NCBI GenBank assembly: GCA_964035545.1
Contig: OZ037767.1
Location: 32,132,628-32,196,627, forward strand
DNA: 64,000 nucleotides
From: Bugula neritina
Taxonomy: Eukaryota > Animalia > Bryozoa
Direction of reading: 5' to 3'
Program-made: the position numbers and the translations under genes
The notes under the pieces: generated by a model
The model's input: the letters and a program-made list of their open reading frames with translations, nothing else
Databases searched by the model: none
Told to the model about the DNA's origin: nothing
Shown: positions 29,135 to 40,724 of the stretch, one piece after another
How the letters are laid out: every line of letters begins with the position of its first letter
Numbering within the stretch: the first letter of the stretch is position 1

Positions 29135-30822
29135 CATATAGTACTAGTAGTGCTGTGTAGTAGTAGTGGTAGTAGTGGTGGTAGTAGTAGTAATAGTAGT
29201 AGTGGTAGTAATAGTGGTAGTAGTAGTAGTAGTAGTTTGTAATAAAGATAGCCTTAGGTCTAATGATTGCCAATCTTGTAGATGTGTTGGCTGGGCATCT
29301 GGTACTACCGTAAATATACGACAGAATGGAATCACCATGTCTACTTCACCTCTGAATTTTATGGGAGTTTTACAGGTACGTGTTGCCTCTCATAATAACT
29401 TACACCTCATAATAACTTACACCTCATAATAACCTACACCTCATAATAACCTACACCTCATAATAACCTACACCTCATAATAACCTACACCTCATAATAA
29501 CTTACACCTCATAATAACCTACACCTCATAATAACCTACACCTCATAATAACCTACACCTCATAATAACCTACACCTCATAGTAACTTACACCTCATAAT
29601 AACCTACACCTCATAATAACTTACACCTCATAATAACTTACACCTCATAATAACTTACACCTCATAATAACTTACACCTCATAATAACCTACACCTCATA
29701 ATAACTTCTGGTGCTGTTCCCAGAGTGACCTACCTACGTCGAGTGGCCCGGTACAAATATTCGCTGACAACCCTCTGATGTGTGAGCAGTTTTCCTGGTC
29801 AGATGCCAACCGACCTGGCAATGCGCCAGAACTTGCTGCCAACATTCTAGCCAACACTCTTTACGACAGCAGACCTTGGTACGAGTTATTTACACTTACC
29901 TCATGACTGCCTGAATTCACCAGAGCTTATGAATGTATACTGTAAGGTTTTATGTAAACTCATTTTCATGCTAAACTCAACAGAGCTCGTGATATGATAG
30001 TATGGTCATACACACAGTTACTAGTGATATGATAGTATGATTATACACACAGTTACTAGTTATATGATAGTATGATTATACACACAGTTACTAGTTATAT
30101 GATAGTATGATTATACACACAGTTACTAGTTATATGATAGTATGATTATACACACAGTTACTAGTTCAGCTCATTTCAATTTATTTTTTAGGTTCAGATT
30201 CGTAATACCAAAGATCTCTACTTTATCAGCTGAGTACGACTCTAGTGTCGTTGTGTCATTTAACCTTGACCAGCTGTTTGCTGGAGAATCCCCTGCTTTC
30301 TTTCTTGACGGTGATTGGATAGATGATGTGGTGAGTGTGTATATTACAGGTGCTTGTAACTGACATGTGCTAGCAAGATGCTTGTAACTGACATGTGCTA
30401 GCAAGGTGCTTCTAACTGACATGTGCTAGCAAGATGCTTCTAACTGACATGTGCTAGCAAGGTGCTTGTAACTGACATGTGCTAGCAAGGTGCTTCTAAC
30501 TGACATGTGCTAGCAAGATGCTTGTAACTGACATGTGCTAGCAAGGTGCCTGTAACTGACATGTGCTAGCAAGGTGCTAATATTTTAGTCATATATTATT
30601 CATCTCTCTGTGTTTCAGACTGCCGACGTGGTTGGTGATCAAGCCTGGTTCACAATATCTGGGCTAGGTTATGGAGCTCATGCTATTTCCAGTGCAATAG
30701 TGGACAACTCCAATAATAGTGTGAAAAAGGCACTTCTCAGATTCACTTTGCAGTTGTTCTTGAATGCTGGTAGAGAGAGTATTGCCTATTCCCCTGTCCC
30801 TCAGCAACTCTACTCTACGTAG
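14775..30822 (+). CDS. Secreted IgGFc-binding protein (FCGBP) N-terminal-domain-like protein with mucin-like stalk and three modules, 31 exons, 1724 aa
   Basis: Exons 14775-14820, 14949-15101, 15312-15610, 15816-16095, 17403-17651, 18451-18717, 18839-18951, 19708-19858, 20148-20263, 20350-20534, 20771-20901, 21083-21213, 21588-21675, 21887-22070, 22403-22516, 22634-22771, 23152-23266, 23761-23979, 24061-24197, 24303-24456, 25104-25296, 25539-25643, 26509-26706, 27157-27425, 27868-28050, 28140-28296, 28591-28798, 29282-29375, 29724-29878, 30192-30330, 30619-30822. Total 5175 nt, open and phase-consistent. Signal peptide MKSRSKIFFLCLTLLVVNLEA, then a PTTPAST repeat. Recurrent family motifs: DSYGTEFWLAFMDN/GKEYVLTFMEN, LPVDALSSHY/LPVDRLGTEYY, GDLTG..I.S.KPIAVFSGN, DHLVEQLPSVSTWGKEY, GDPSM/GDPAM. 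Confidence 0.85.
16433..16682. repeat. 75-nt tandem repeat, about 3.3 copies
   Basis: 25-aa periodicity in the ORF track; near-identical units. Confidence 0.9.
16920..17388. repeat. 22-nt minisatellite (cacagcatcatatcatatatta)
   Basis: Tandem copies. Confidence 0.95.
17660..18440. repeat. Compound minisatellite (atactctctctatacacatcacataat)
   Basis: Tandem copies. Confidence 0.9.
18965..19700. repeat. 31-nt minisatellite (tatactctgtcatatatatgttcatatacag)
   Basis: Tandem copies. Confidence 0.95.
19860..20092. repeat. 29-nt minisatellite (agtacatctcacggtgttaccatggttac)
   Basis: About 8 copies. Confidence 0.9.
20625..20778. repeat. 32-nt repeat ending in the true acceptor of exon 11
   Basis: catattggacaggtatatcatattagtatata x about 5. 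Confidence 0.9.
21200..21574. repeat. 30-nt minisatellite (ctctatgtctatgtgtagtatgttatatat)
   Basis: About 12 copies; the first overlaps the exon end. Confidence 0.95.
22075..22352. repeat. About 27-nt minisatellite (aataatacgtctgcactgatactacat)
   Basis: Tandem copies. Confidence 0.9.
22731..23126. repeat. 45-nt repeat of an exon end plus donor
   Basis: gttgatagactcggtactgartattacacagtatcwtacaggtta x about 8.8. Confidence 0.95.
23555..23757. repeat. 14-nt repeat (tgtctagtgtcaca)
   Basis: Tandem copies. Confidence 0.95.
24472..25042. repeat. 17-20-nt repeat (tacatctactctctctac)
   Basis: Tandem copies. Confidence 0.95.
25725..26488. repeat. 18/23-nt minisatellite (tacaatgcagtagtgrga[tggtg])
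   Basis: Tandem copies. Confidence 0.95.
26740..26970. repeat. 11-nt repeat (tagcactacag)
   Basis: Diverged tandem copies. Confidence 0.85.
27411..27848. repeat. 31-nt repeat of an exon end plus GTGAGT donor
   Basis: gacactcagtacaaggtgagttggtagacat x14. Confidence 0.95.
28330..28558. repeat. 13/16-nt repeat (agtacagagtggtggt)
   Basis: Tandem copies. Confidence 0.9.
28803..29236. repeat. (GTA)n microsatellite, interrupted
   Basis: Direct inspection. Confidence 0.95.
29387..29707. repeat. 17-nt minisatellite (cctcataataacytaca)
   Basis: Tandem copies. Confidence 0.95.
29990..30166. repeat. 35-nt repeat x5
   Basis: atatgatagtatgattatacacacagttactagtt. Confidence 0.9.
30348..30578. repeat. 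28-nt repeat x8
   Basis: gtgcttgtaactgacatgtgctagcaag. Confidence 0.9.
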
Positions 30823-31929
30823 TGTTGGTGCTAAGGCTATTCATTCAACCAACACAACTTATAGCATTTTAATGCGAGATTCAAATGTGTTAGATTTTGT
30901 GTCTAGATGCAGATCCTATTAGACTGATGATTATATAGTTTTCATTTAATTCATCTCTTTATAAGTTTTATTGTAACATTTTTAACCTAAACTGACCATA
31001 TTTTTTAAATAGAATATTATGATATTGCAAACAATATATAACCAATATTATTACTATGTTATTCTAGTGTCTGCACTTATAGTGGTCTTTATATAAGCAA
31101 TGCTAACTAATGTTCTTTCTACATGAACCATTAACTTACACACTTTACCAAGATTAGATTTTATGATTCTGGACCACTTGATACAGTGTCATGTGACCTA
31201 TACTAGCAATAGCCTGCCGTCTACAATGTCATGTGACTGGCATGTGTGTGCATGTGTATTGTGTGTGTATGCGTACACGGTACACGGTACACGTGTATAT
31301 TATGTATTACTTGTAGTATCAGTGTTTAGGTTTACAGCTCATACTATGGCTTGTAGTTCATTTATTAGACATCAATGTGTAGATATTCAGAATTATTGTA
31401 TTTATAGAAACTTCTTCTTGGGGTAGTTTTCCCTTCAGCCATCTATTTGCCAGAGAGACGAGGCAACTCTGTAAATCAGTAGTGTGAGTTTTACTGCAAC
31501 TGGAGCTACTTTACAACTTTCAGATTTAATGCTTGCTGAACTTATATGAATTATTACAAAATTTTTATTCAACCTAGTTATAAAATACTTTTCACTTGTA
31601 TACATATTATATATGGTTAATGAATCTTCACTGCATACTTAGCCAATCATATATATGTTCCTAGCAGTAATATATATTACTGCTAGTAATATATATTACT
31701 AGCAGTAATATATATTACTAACAGTTATATACATTATGTTTATAAGACTGATCATACAACATGGAAATGTTATACTGTATACTTACTGCACTCACAAATA
31801 GGGCAACCGTCAACCATAACGTTGCCATATTCACAGTACATCATACAAACAGGTGGACAATCTGAAATCAGTAATAAGTTACATATTATCTTTTTCCTAT
31901 AGTACTTTGTATTGAGTTGACTTTATGCT

Positions 31930-32505
31930 ATATACTAGTAAACTGTAGACTTGTAAACTGTAGACTAGTAAACTGTAGACTAGTAAACTGTATACTAGTA
32001 AACTGTAGACTAGTAAACTGTAGACTAGTAAACTGTATACTAGTAAACTGTAGACTAGTAAACTGTAGACTAGTAAACTGTATACTAGTAAACTGTAGAC
32101 TAGTAAACTGTATACTAGTAAACTGTAGACTAGTAAACTGTAGACTAGTAAACTGTAGACTAGTAAACTGTAGACTAGTAAACTATATACTAGTAAACTG
32201 TAGACTAGTAAACTGTAGACTAGTAGACTGTGGACTAGTAAACTGTAGACTAGTAAACTGTAGACTAGTAAACTGTATACTAGTAAACTGTAGACTAGTA
32301 AACTGTATACTAGTAAACTGTATACTAGTAAACTGTATACTAGTAAACTGTAGACTAGTAAACTGTAGACTAGTAAACTGTATACTAGTAAACTGTAGAC
32401 TAGTAAACTGTAGACTAGTAAACTGTAGACTAGTAAACTGTAGACTAGTAAACTGTAGACTAGTAGACTGTAGACTAGTAAACTGTAGACTAGTAAACTG
32501 TAGAC
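31930..32505. repeat. 15-nt minisatellite (tagtaaactgtagac)
   Basis: About 38 copies. Confidence 0.95.
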
Positions 32506-32590
32506 GAGATAAAGAGCTGTGAAATAATATGATGCAGAGAGACACTTATCACATAACCAACAGGCTGGTTGGTGTGATCTTCTGTTTATT

Positions 32591-33232
32591 TTATTCTGGA
32601 AAGTTCTAAGCCCTTCATTTGATGTAAGTAACAGAGTTTATTTGACAACTGACCATTTGATGTAAGTTCATGTAGTTTAAACTCTCACTCTCAGTGAGAT
32701 ACTGTCAGTGAGATACTGTCAGTGAGATATTTAGCCTGAGTTTTCTACTGGTTTACGACTAGCAGAAGACTCACCGCACTGACAGGTGCTGCATCCGTTG
32801 ACCTTGACATGACCATATGGGCAGAAGATGGCGCATTGTACAGGTGGACAGCTCGGAACTGAAAGTTTAAACCAAAATGTAGACAGAATTTGGCAGATTC
32901 ATTCAATTCAATATTAAAGCAGAATAATATAGGTATCAAACGTCTATTGATTTTCAAACTAAGGAATACAAAGTTAATTTAAACTGTTCTGGACTTTTTA
33001 TTCTGAGCAGCAGCAACTATGTTTTGCACAATGGACTCTGAATGTAGAAATTAAACATGTGGCCTCCAGTTGAAACAAAACTGCTCGAAGTGACTGACCA
33101 GAAACTGAGCTATTAGCAGCACGTTTACTGGAGCAAAAGCAAGCAATAGAGTTGATGTCATGAAACCTACTCACCGACAGCAGTGGCAGACGTCAGCAAC
33201 ATGAAGCAGCTGAAGAGAAGAAGTGTCCTCAT
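32591..33232 (-). CDS. Small secreted antistasin-domain serine protease inhibitor (guamerin/hirustasin-like), 3 exons, 48 aa
   Basis: Exons 33232-33175 (MRTLLLFSCFMLLTSATAV, signal peptide, donor GTGAGT), 32858-32775 (VPSCPPVQCAIFCPYGHVKVNGCSTCQC, acceptor ctttcag, donor GTGAGT) and 32595-32591 (E-stop, acceptor ctttccag). Six-Cys spacing C-x4-C-x3-C-PYG-x4-NG-C-x2-C-x-C matches the antistasin domain pattern. Confidence 0.8.
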
Positions 33233-33278
33233 TGTGGCAGAACTTTCTAGAATGTCTCTGCTTTCAGCCCACTTCCTG

Positions 33279-33285
33279 TTATATA
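33279..33285 (-). promoter_or_regulatory. Putative TATA box of the antistasin-like gene
   Basis: TATATAA on the - strand, 47 nt upstream of the ATG at 33232. Confidence 0.5.
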
Positions 33286-34144
33286 GAGCCCTAGACTGTG
33301 GTGCGTGTGAGATAGACTTCCTAACCTAGGGAGGGCCTTATAGCGCGCCCTCCTTAGTGCACACAGGATATAAGTGAACTAGTCTATTCTAAGTACAGTT
33401 ATTTATAGCAACAGATCATCTGCTGGTCGGTTTGTGTCAAAAATTTCAATCGGTTATTTATACTTTTGACAGCTGCAGCAGCACGTATTTACCTCGGCAG
33501 CTCCACTGTAACATGCCCACATGTTGTGTTGATTAATTATGACATGATATGCTAGCTACACTGCTAGCCATAAATAAGTTGATATAATATACAATTAATA
33601 TAGTAAATATATACTATTTTCTCACCTATCTCCACTTTGTCCTGTTCGAGTAGCGGGAGTAAATAATATACTATATAGTGTATTGTATAATATACTATAT
33701 AGTGTATTATATAGTGTATATTATATAGCATATAGAATAATATACTATGTTATACACAAATGAGTTGGAAGGTTTTGCTAGTATGTTGTTTATTGTGTTA
33801 CTCTTCACCTTCCAGTTACTGATGGAGACAAACTAACAAACGTTTCTAATCTCTAAAGAAGCTGATTTTCATAGAACCAAGTGACTCAGCTTGTCTGCCA
33901 AACATCTTATTTATTAGATTGTAAATCAAATGATGTCATAGAAACACAGAAATAACATAATATACTAATATTACACAAGTGAAGTTATTCTCTCCCAGCA
34001 CTGTCATAAAATATTATATTTGTCGTATTAAAACAAAAACTTTGAGGTAAACCTTTTAAAACAACAAGTATAATGCAATGTAATCTTCAGTGCCAAAGAG
34101 CTCAAAGCCTCTGATCTTAACAAATACAGAGCCTCGAGTCTGGG

Positions 34145-37100
34145 CTAGTTGATTGTTGTGTTGACAAAGCATGGAGGGATGAAAGATTCTGGTTTAGCCA
34201 AGTCTTCTATTGCTGCGTATATAGTGACGGCTCCCCCGAACCCCCCAACTCCTATCATTATGATGCACAGCACCTTCTCGTACAGAGCTATCTTTCTGAA
34301 AACACCAGCAGTTACTCACTCAAAGCATTCACAAAAATAAACTCACAGTTGTTGAACTTCTTTATTATAAAAATGTATGTTTCGTTGATTACGAAAATCA
34401 ACATTATTAGTGTTTGATTTTTAAATATTTAACCAGGACCATTTAGTGCAGTGTTTGTAGTTAGACATCAAATACTCGTTCTACACTTTGATGTAAGACA
34501 CTTAAAATTTTTAACATATTTTTGGTGTTTATGTTATGCGAAATACTTTGCAGGTAAAAGGAACATGATCTAAATACTAGGCATAAATTTACCTGTCAGG
34601 CCATTTACCATCTTTAAAAGAACACAGTTTCCAGTAGAACACGCAGGGGAAGATGATACAGAGTAGAGTGTTAGTTGAGCCTCCCACAAGGGAGAGTATA
34701 GGTGCGAAGTGGGGCATAAGCTCTGAGACTAAGAGTACGAGTAGCACGCAAGTAGTCCTGCATACTGCCCTCTTCCATGTGAAATCTGAAAGTACACAAC
34801 TACTGAAGTAAAAGGGACGGGTTGTACTATGATAATGATGTGTTGGTCTGTATAGTGTTGTGGAGCTAGATGAGTATAGATAGACGTGATGAGATCATTT
34901 GACCCTGGCATCACTTCCTGTTAATGAGAAGACAATTCACATGATAGTTGAATAAGTAACTGACTTTGTGGAATATCGAGTTGGTGCTCTATAGCTTGAC
35001 AGAGAGGGTTGAGGACAATAGTGAAGGCGGAGAACAGGTGAGTGCACATGCATATCTGTATTATGTAATACATCCAGGTAGGGTATCCTTCCAAAGTGTC
35101 CAGGATATTGGCACTTAGAGTGTCTCCCAGAAATGTATAACCAACAACTGCCACTGGGAAGTACATCATTAGCAAGGCTGCAACAGATATTATGGTCTAA
35201 GGCTATATAACTCTCAACTATAGTTAGACTCTATAAGCATGTTTAACAATTTCAGATTAAGCTCACAAAAAAGCAGCATGCAGACAAAGAATGGCTAATT
35301 AGAAGCTCACCTAGAAAGCCCAGGATCACTGCCTTGTTGAAGTCACTTGTTACTTGCATGTCGTGCTGAATAGTGGGGAATGCTGGAGCACCCCCAAAGG
35401 CAAACAGAATGATTCCAAACCCTAAGGCACACCGCTCTACGTCTAGGGGTGTGTGCTCGACGTACTCGACACCAGTTCGGGGGTAGAGTACCATAGAAGG
35501 GATGAGAAGTAAACTGGCTATTCCAGTGGTCACTGTGGCAGCAACAGCTATTGGCCTGCCATCAAACAGTAAACAATTCAACATGCTAAACAAAACTGAA
35601 TTACACTTGTAGTCATGCTAAAAAATTATTTTATGCAACTTTTTAAAATTAATGGCTTGCTTGTATTACTGTGAAACACATTACCCTCTTCTTCCTTTTT
35701 TTACAGTAAAGTAAAACACAGAAATAATGAGTAATTTATTCCATGAAACTATGATTTTCTTTATAAATCAGTTTATAACCAGACAAAATTTGAGATCAGC
35801 TCTTGTATAATTTAAAAACCTTTAACATTTAGAATTTGTTTGTATTGTAAATATTAGACATTTTCATGTTTACTAAAAATCTTATTAGCACATAATGGAT
35901 TACAAATATTTCACCATAGAATACAGATCTAGGAACCAGCCAATAGATAGAATACAGATCTAGGAACCAGCCAATAGATAGAATACAGATCTATTAACCA
36001 GCCAATAAATAGAATACAGATCTAGGAACCAGCCAATAAATAGAATACAGATCTAGGAACCAGCCAATAAATAGAATACAGATCTAAGAACCAGCCAATA
36101 AAGAGAGTACAGATCTAGGAACCAGCCAATAGAGAGAATACAGATCTAGGAACCAGCCAATAGAGAGAATACAGATCTAAGAACCAGCCAATAGAGAGAA
36201 TAATCTCACCAAAAGTCTTTAGGTGTTCCCAGCCACACGACTGGAATTTCTATGACTGTGATGATGATCATGTAGAAGCAAGGAGAGAAGTGCAGGATGG
36301 GCACCTTGACAAAGATGTCATTTAGGTTGGTGGCTGCCAAAATCATGAATACCACAGCCACTCCAAACAGCGTGACGTTGATACAGGCTGAGACTAGAAA
36401 CCTGGAGAATTCAACAACAAATTCATCAGGTCTCTACTTGCTACTACCTTAATGCTTAAATAATTACTAAACACAGTAAGTAACTACTAAACACAGTAAG
36501 TAACTACTAAACACAGTAAGTAACTACTAAACACAGTAAGTAACTACTAAACACAGTAAGTAACTACTAAACACAGTAAGTAACTACTAAGCACAGTAAG
36601 TAATTACTAAGCACAGTAAGTAATTACTAAGCACAGTAAGTAATTACTAAACACAGTAAGTACTTGTAATTATTAAACACAGTAAGTAACTACTAAACAC
36701 AGTAAGTAAACTGAGTAGTTTGATTGTTTCCTAAAACCACTTACCTTCCCGGTTTCCCAAACACTTCAAAGCCGATGGCGGGGTAGGGGTTTCTACACTG
36801 CTCCTTATACTCCGGGAATCTCTCCTCCAGAATGAGCCAGCAACGTCCCAGTAGGATTCCACACCAACCATTTGCTACACAGCATAGTGGTAGGAGCACT
36901 ATCCCAATCCACCCTGTCGTCACATTATATTCATATGTTTATATATACATGTATATAGTCTAATATATATTCATATGTACAATCTACTCCATGTTTATTT
37001 CATATTCCTATATTCATAGTTTATGTTTGATGTGTATAGATACAACACAATGCATACATAATATATATTCTAATAACATTACAGTAATAATGCCAACCTG

Positions 37101-38071
37101 GAGTAATATGATATGTCATGTGATATGATATGTCATGTGACATGGTGTGTCATGTGACATGGTGTAACATGTGACATGATATTGGTAACAGGAGCTTTTT
37201 GGTGAAAGCTTTTTGGTAAGAGATTGAGGGTTGTTAGCTATTAATGTTATGGTATGAGTCAGTGCAAGTTAAAGAAGTGAAGGAGAAAAGTTAGCTGTAT
37301 TCACTTCTCTTATTATTTTTCTTTTGTATGAAGATGTACATAACTTTCCATTTATTGACAAAATAATTGTAAGTATTATGTTATTTTTTATTTTTATTGA
37401 TGCAACAGTTCTCTAAGCTATAAAGTTGTGTAATTAATGAGTGTAAATTAAACCAGGTTATTTATACTCTGAGGTTACAGTCTCATACGTGGAACTATAT
37501 AGAACCAATGATTTGATTCATCGTGCAGCATCTGCATTCAAAGTCTAAGCATCCATGTCATACAGCAGCCTGCTGTCACAATATTTGACGCACCTGTGTC
37601 TTCAACAGCTCTTGGCAAAGCCAACACACCACTTCCTGCAATCTCTCCAGCTATGAACACCACTCCAGTCCACACAGACAGTTTGAGTGCATCCTCATCT
37701 GGGCTGGTGTATCCATCCTACAGGTAAACAGGTAAACAGGTAGTACAAGTAGTACAGGTAGTACAGGTAAGCAGGTAGTACAGACAAACAAGTAAAGGGG
37801 TAGTACAGGTGGTACAGTCAACTGCCTCATAAAACACAGTTTAGTATGAATGTATAACACACATGAAGGCCTACCTTGTGTATGCTCAAACATCCACAAA
37901 CCAATTGATGGATGACTCAACACACTACATATACTGGTACTCAATATCTAACTCAACTCATAACTCTCTTAAGTCTTTGAAAGTAACCTGTGGCAGTGCA
38001 AGCACCAGACTAATGTTGATACAGGACGCATGTATGCCCTCACTCACCCGAGAAGGAATGCAGGAACTCAT
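34145..38071 (-). CDS. Amino-acid transporter, Aa_trans (AVT1/SLC32-36-38-like) family, paralog A, about 436 aa
   Basis: Exons 38071-38048, 37717-37594, 36913-36745, 36401-36210, 35555-35311, 35177-34965, 34785-34593, 34295-34145, phase-consistent. Motifs [60 protein letters not shown], plus many hydrophobic segments. Start exon uncertain; an alternative is 40639-40568. Confidence 0.88.
35917..36200. repeat. 31-nt minisatellite (agaatacagatctaggaaccagccaataaat)
   Basis: About 9 copies. Confidence 0.9.
36460..36710. repeat. 20-nt minisatellite (taactactaaacacagtaag)
   Basis: Tandem copies. Confidence 0.9.
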
Positions 38072-38129
38072 TCTAGCATCCAAATTGATCCTACAAATCA
38101 ATATAATATTTTTTCCAGTCAATTTCATA

Positions 38130-38312
38130 TATTATTGTATACTGTATAATATATTACTGTATACCATATAATATATCACTGTATACTGTATAATACATTA
38201 CTGTATACCATATAAAATATTAGTGTATACCATATAATATATCACTGTATACTGTATAATATATTACTGTATATTGTATAATATATTACTGTATATTGTA
38301 TAATATATCACT
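38130..38312. repeat. 22-nt repeat (atattactgtatactgtataat)
   Basis: Tandem copies. Confidence 0.85.
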
Positions 38313-38619
38313 ACTGAATACGGCACACTTCATACCTACCACTCTATCTTACACACAGGTAGTGGTGGCCACGTTTAATATCTCAAAACACAATGTGTGA
38401 TAGAATAGACTGTACTTTTAATGCCTATTTCAAATATTAAAAAAACAGTATTGAATCATAGTCTGTTACCAATATTAGATCAAGACTGGTTTTCCCAGTA
38501 ACAGAAGGATTCCTAAAGTTATCTTCTCTCCATGACCTGACAACTCCTGATATAGCAAGTTATTGTTGCTGCAAGAGTTAATTACAACGAGCTGAGTTAT
38601 GAAGGAGATGAAGTGTTAG

Positions 38620-39350
38620 ATATGTTACAGTTTGTAGAGTATAGTATGTTACAGTTTGTAGAGTATAGTATGTTACAGTTTGTAGAGTATAGTATGTTAC
38701 AGTTTGTAGAGTATAGTATGTTACAGTTTGTAGAGTATAGTATGTTACAGTTTGTAGAGTATAGTATGTTACAGTTTGTAGAGTATAATATATTGCAGTT
38801 TGTAGAGTATAATATGTTACAGTTTGTAGAGTATAATATGTTGCAGTTTGTAGAGTATAGTATGTTACAGTTTGTAGAGTATAATATATTGCAGTTTGTA
38901 GAGTATAATATGTTACAGTTTGTAGAGTATAATATATTGCAGTTTGTAGAGTATAATATGTTACAGTTTGTAGAGTATAATATGTTACAGTTTGTAGAGT
39001 GTAATATGTTACAGTTTGTAGAGTATAATATGTTACAGTTTGTAGAGTATAGTATGTTACAGTTTGTAGAGTATAGTATGTTACAGCTTGTAGAGTATAA
39101 TATATTGCAGTTTGTAGAGTATAATATGTTACAGTTTGTAGAGTATAGTATGTTACAGTTTGTAGAGTATAATATGTTACAGTTTGTAGAGTATAATATG
39201 TTACAGTTTGTAGAGTATAGTATGTTACAGTTTGTAGAGTATAGTATGTTACAGTTTGTAGAGTATAGTATGTTACAGTTTGTAGAGTATAGTATGTTAC
39301 AGTTTGTAGAGTATAGTATGTTACAGTTTGTAGAGTATAATATGTTACAG
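38620..39350. repeat. 21-nt minisatellite (atgttacagtttgtagagtatart-like)
   Basis: Several dozen tandem copies; source of the MLQFVEYS and NCNILYST pseudo-ORFs, whose 8-aa period implies a 24-nt effective unit. Confidence 0.85.
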
Positions 39351-39982
39351 GCTTTCAGTAGTTCACAAACTCTGCCTACACTTAATATCACTCACACGCT
39401 CATATCATTATATAAAACTATTTTAGGTTTCCTGCTTTTGTATTTTAAAAATACTTTCAGCATTTGTTTCACTTTATAGAGAAAATAACTGCGAACCACA
39501 AACTGCTTTTACGAAGTGACTATGTTACAAATCTCAGCTAATGTTATATTTAACACAATCGTTTCTATTGATATATCTATCTATGTCATCACCCAGCTGA
39601 CTTCTATACTTATAATATATATGTCGATATAACTTAGCTGTTGTAGAGCTTATAGACTAAGTTAATATATAGTCAGTAAATTATATTATATTATAATATT
39701 ACTACATGATATTTTACCCACACATGAATCCATAGTTAGAGTAGTAGTTGCTGTAAGGAGTGCCGTGTGCAAGTGAAGACCATCATATAACTGTAGTATG
39801 ATGAGATAGAGTATAGTGCATCTATATCCCTTCATCTTATCCTTTACATTCCTCACTACCTGCATATTCACCACAACTTAAGTTATAACGTGCATTGTAA
39901 TATCTTGTTGACTTTTTGTTTAGTCTACGTTATGTTATAAATGAGGTTGTACATGACTTACTCATTGACTTCATTAGGAATG

Positions 39983-40277
<295 letters not shown>

Positions 40278-40724
40278 TGTATCATATATATACACATACA
40301 TGTTATATATAATATAACATATATGTATATGATACATAATATTTACATGTAGGCATACATGTAAATATGTTTCTAATATATCTTCTTTTGAAGGCACATG
40401 CTTAAAACGTTCCAATTTGCTTTGTATCTCACTGTAATTGAAACGTTCACGCTGTGTAATTAAATTTCAAGATTAAAATCAATAAAACATAAAGTTGTTG
40501 ACATGAGGATGTAATGGAAATGTTCATCTGAAAGTTTTACATTTAAAAATGTTAATTAAAAACATACCTTTTGATGTTGCAGAGAATGAGCGATTGATTG
40601 AAACATCTTTCTTGTTCTTTTCCAACCAGTAGCCATCATCTCAGTATAAAACATTCAACTTGTAAGTAGCTACAGACAGTTGGAAGGGAGATGTAGACGT
40701 TTAGCAAACATTCAGTTTGTCACT

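Noticed and set aside
32500-32582. Longer alternative last exon for the antistasin-like gene (acceptor aaacag, EDHTNQPVGY...)
   Set aside because: The acceptor lacks a pyrimidine tract and lies downstream of a better one (ctttccag); not excluded, but less likely
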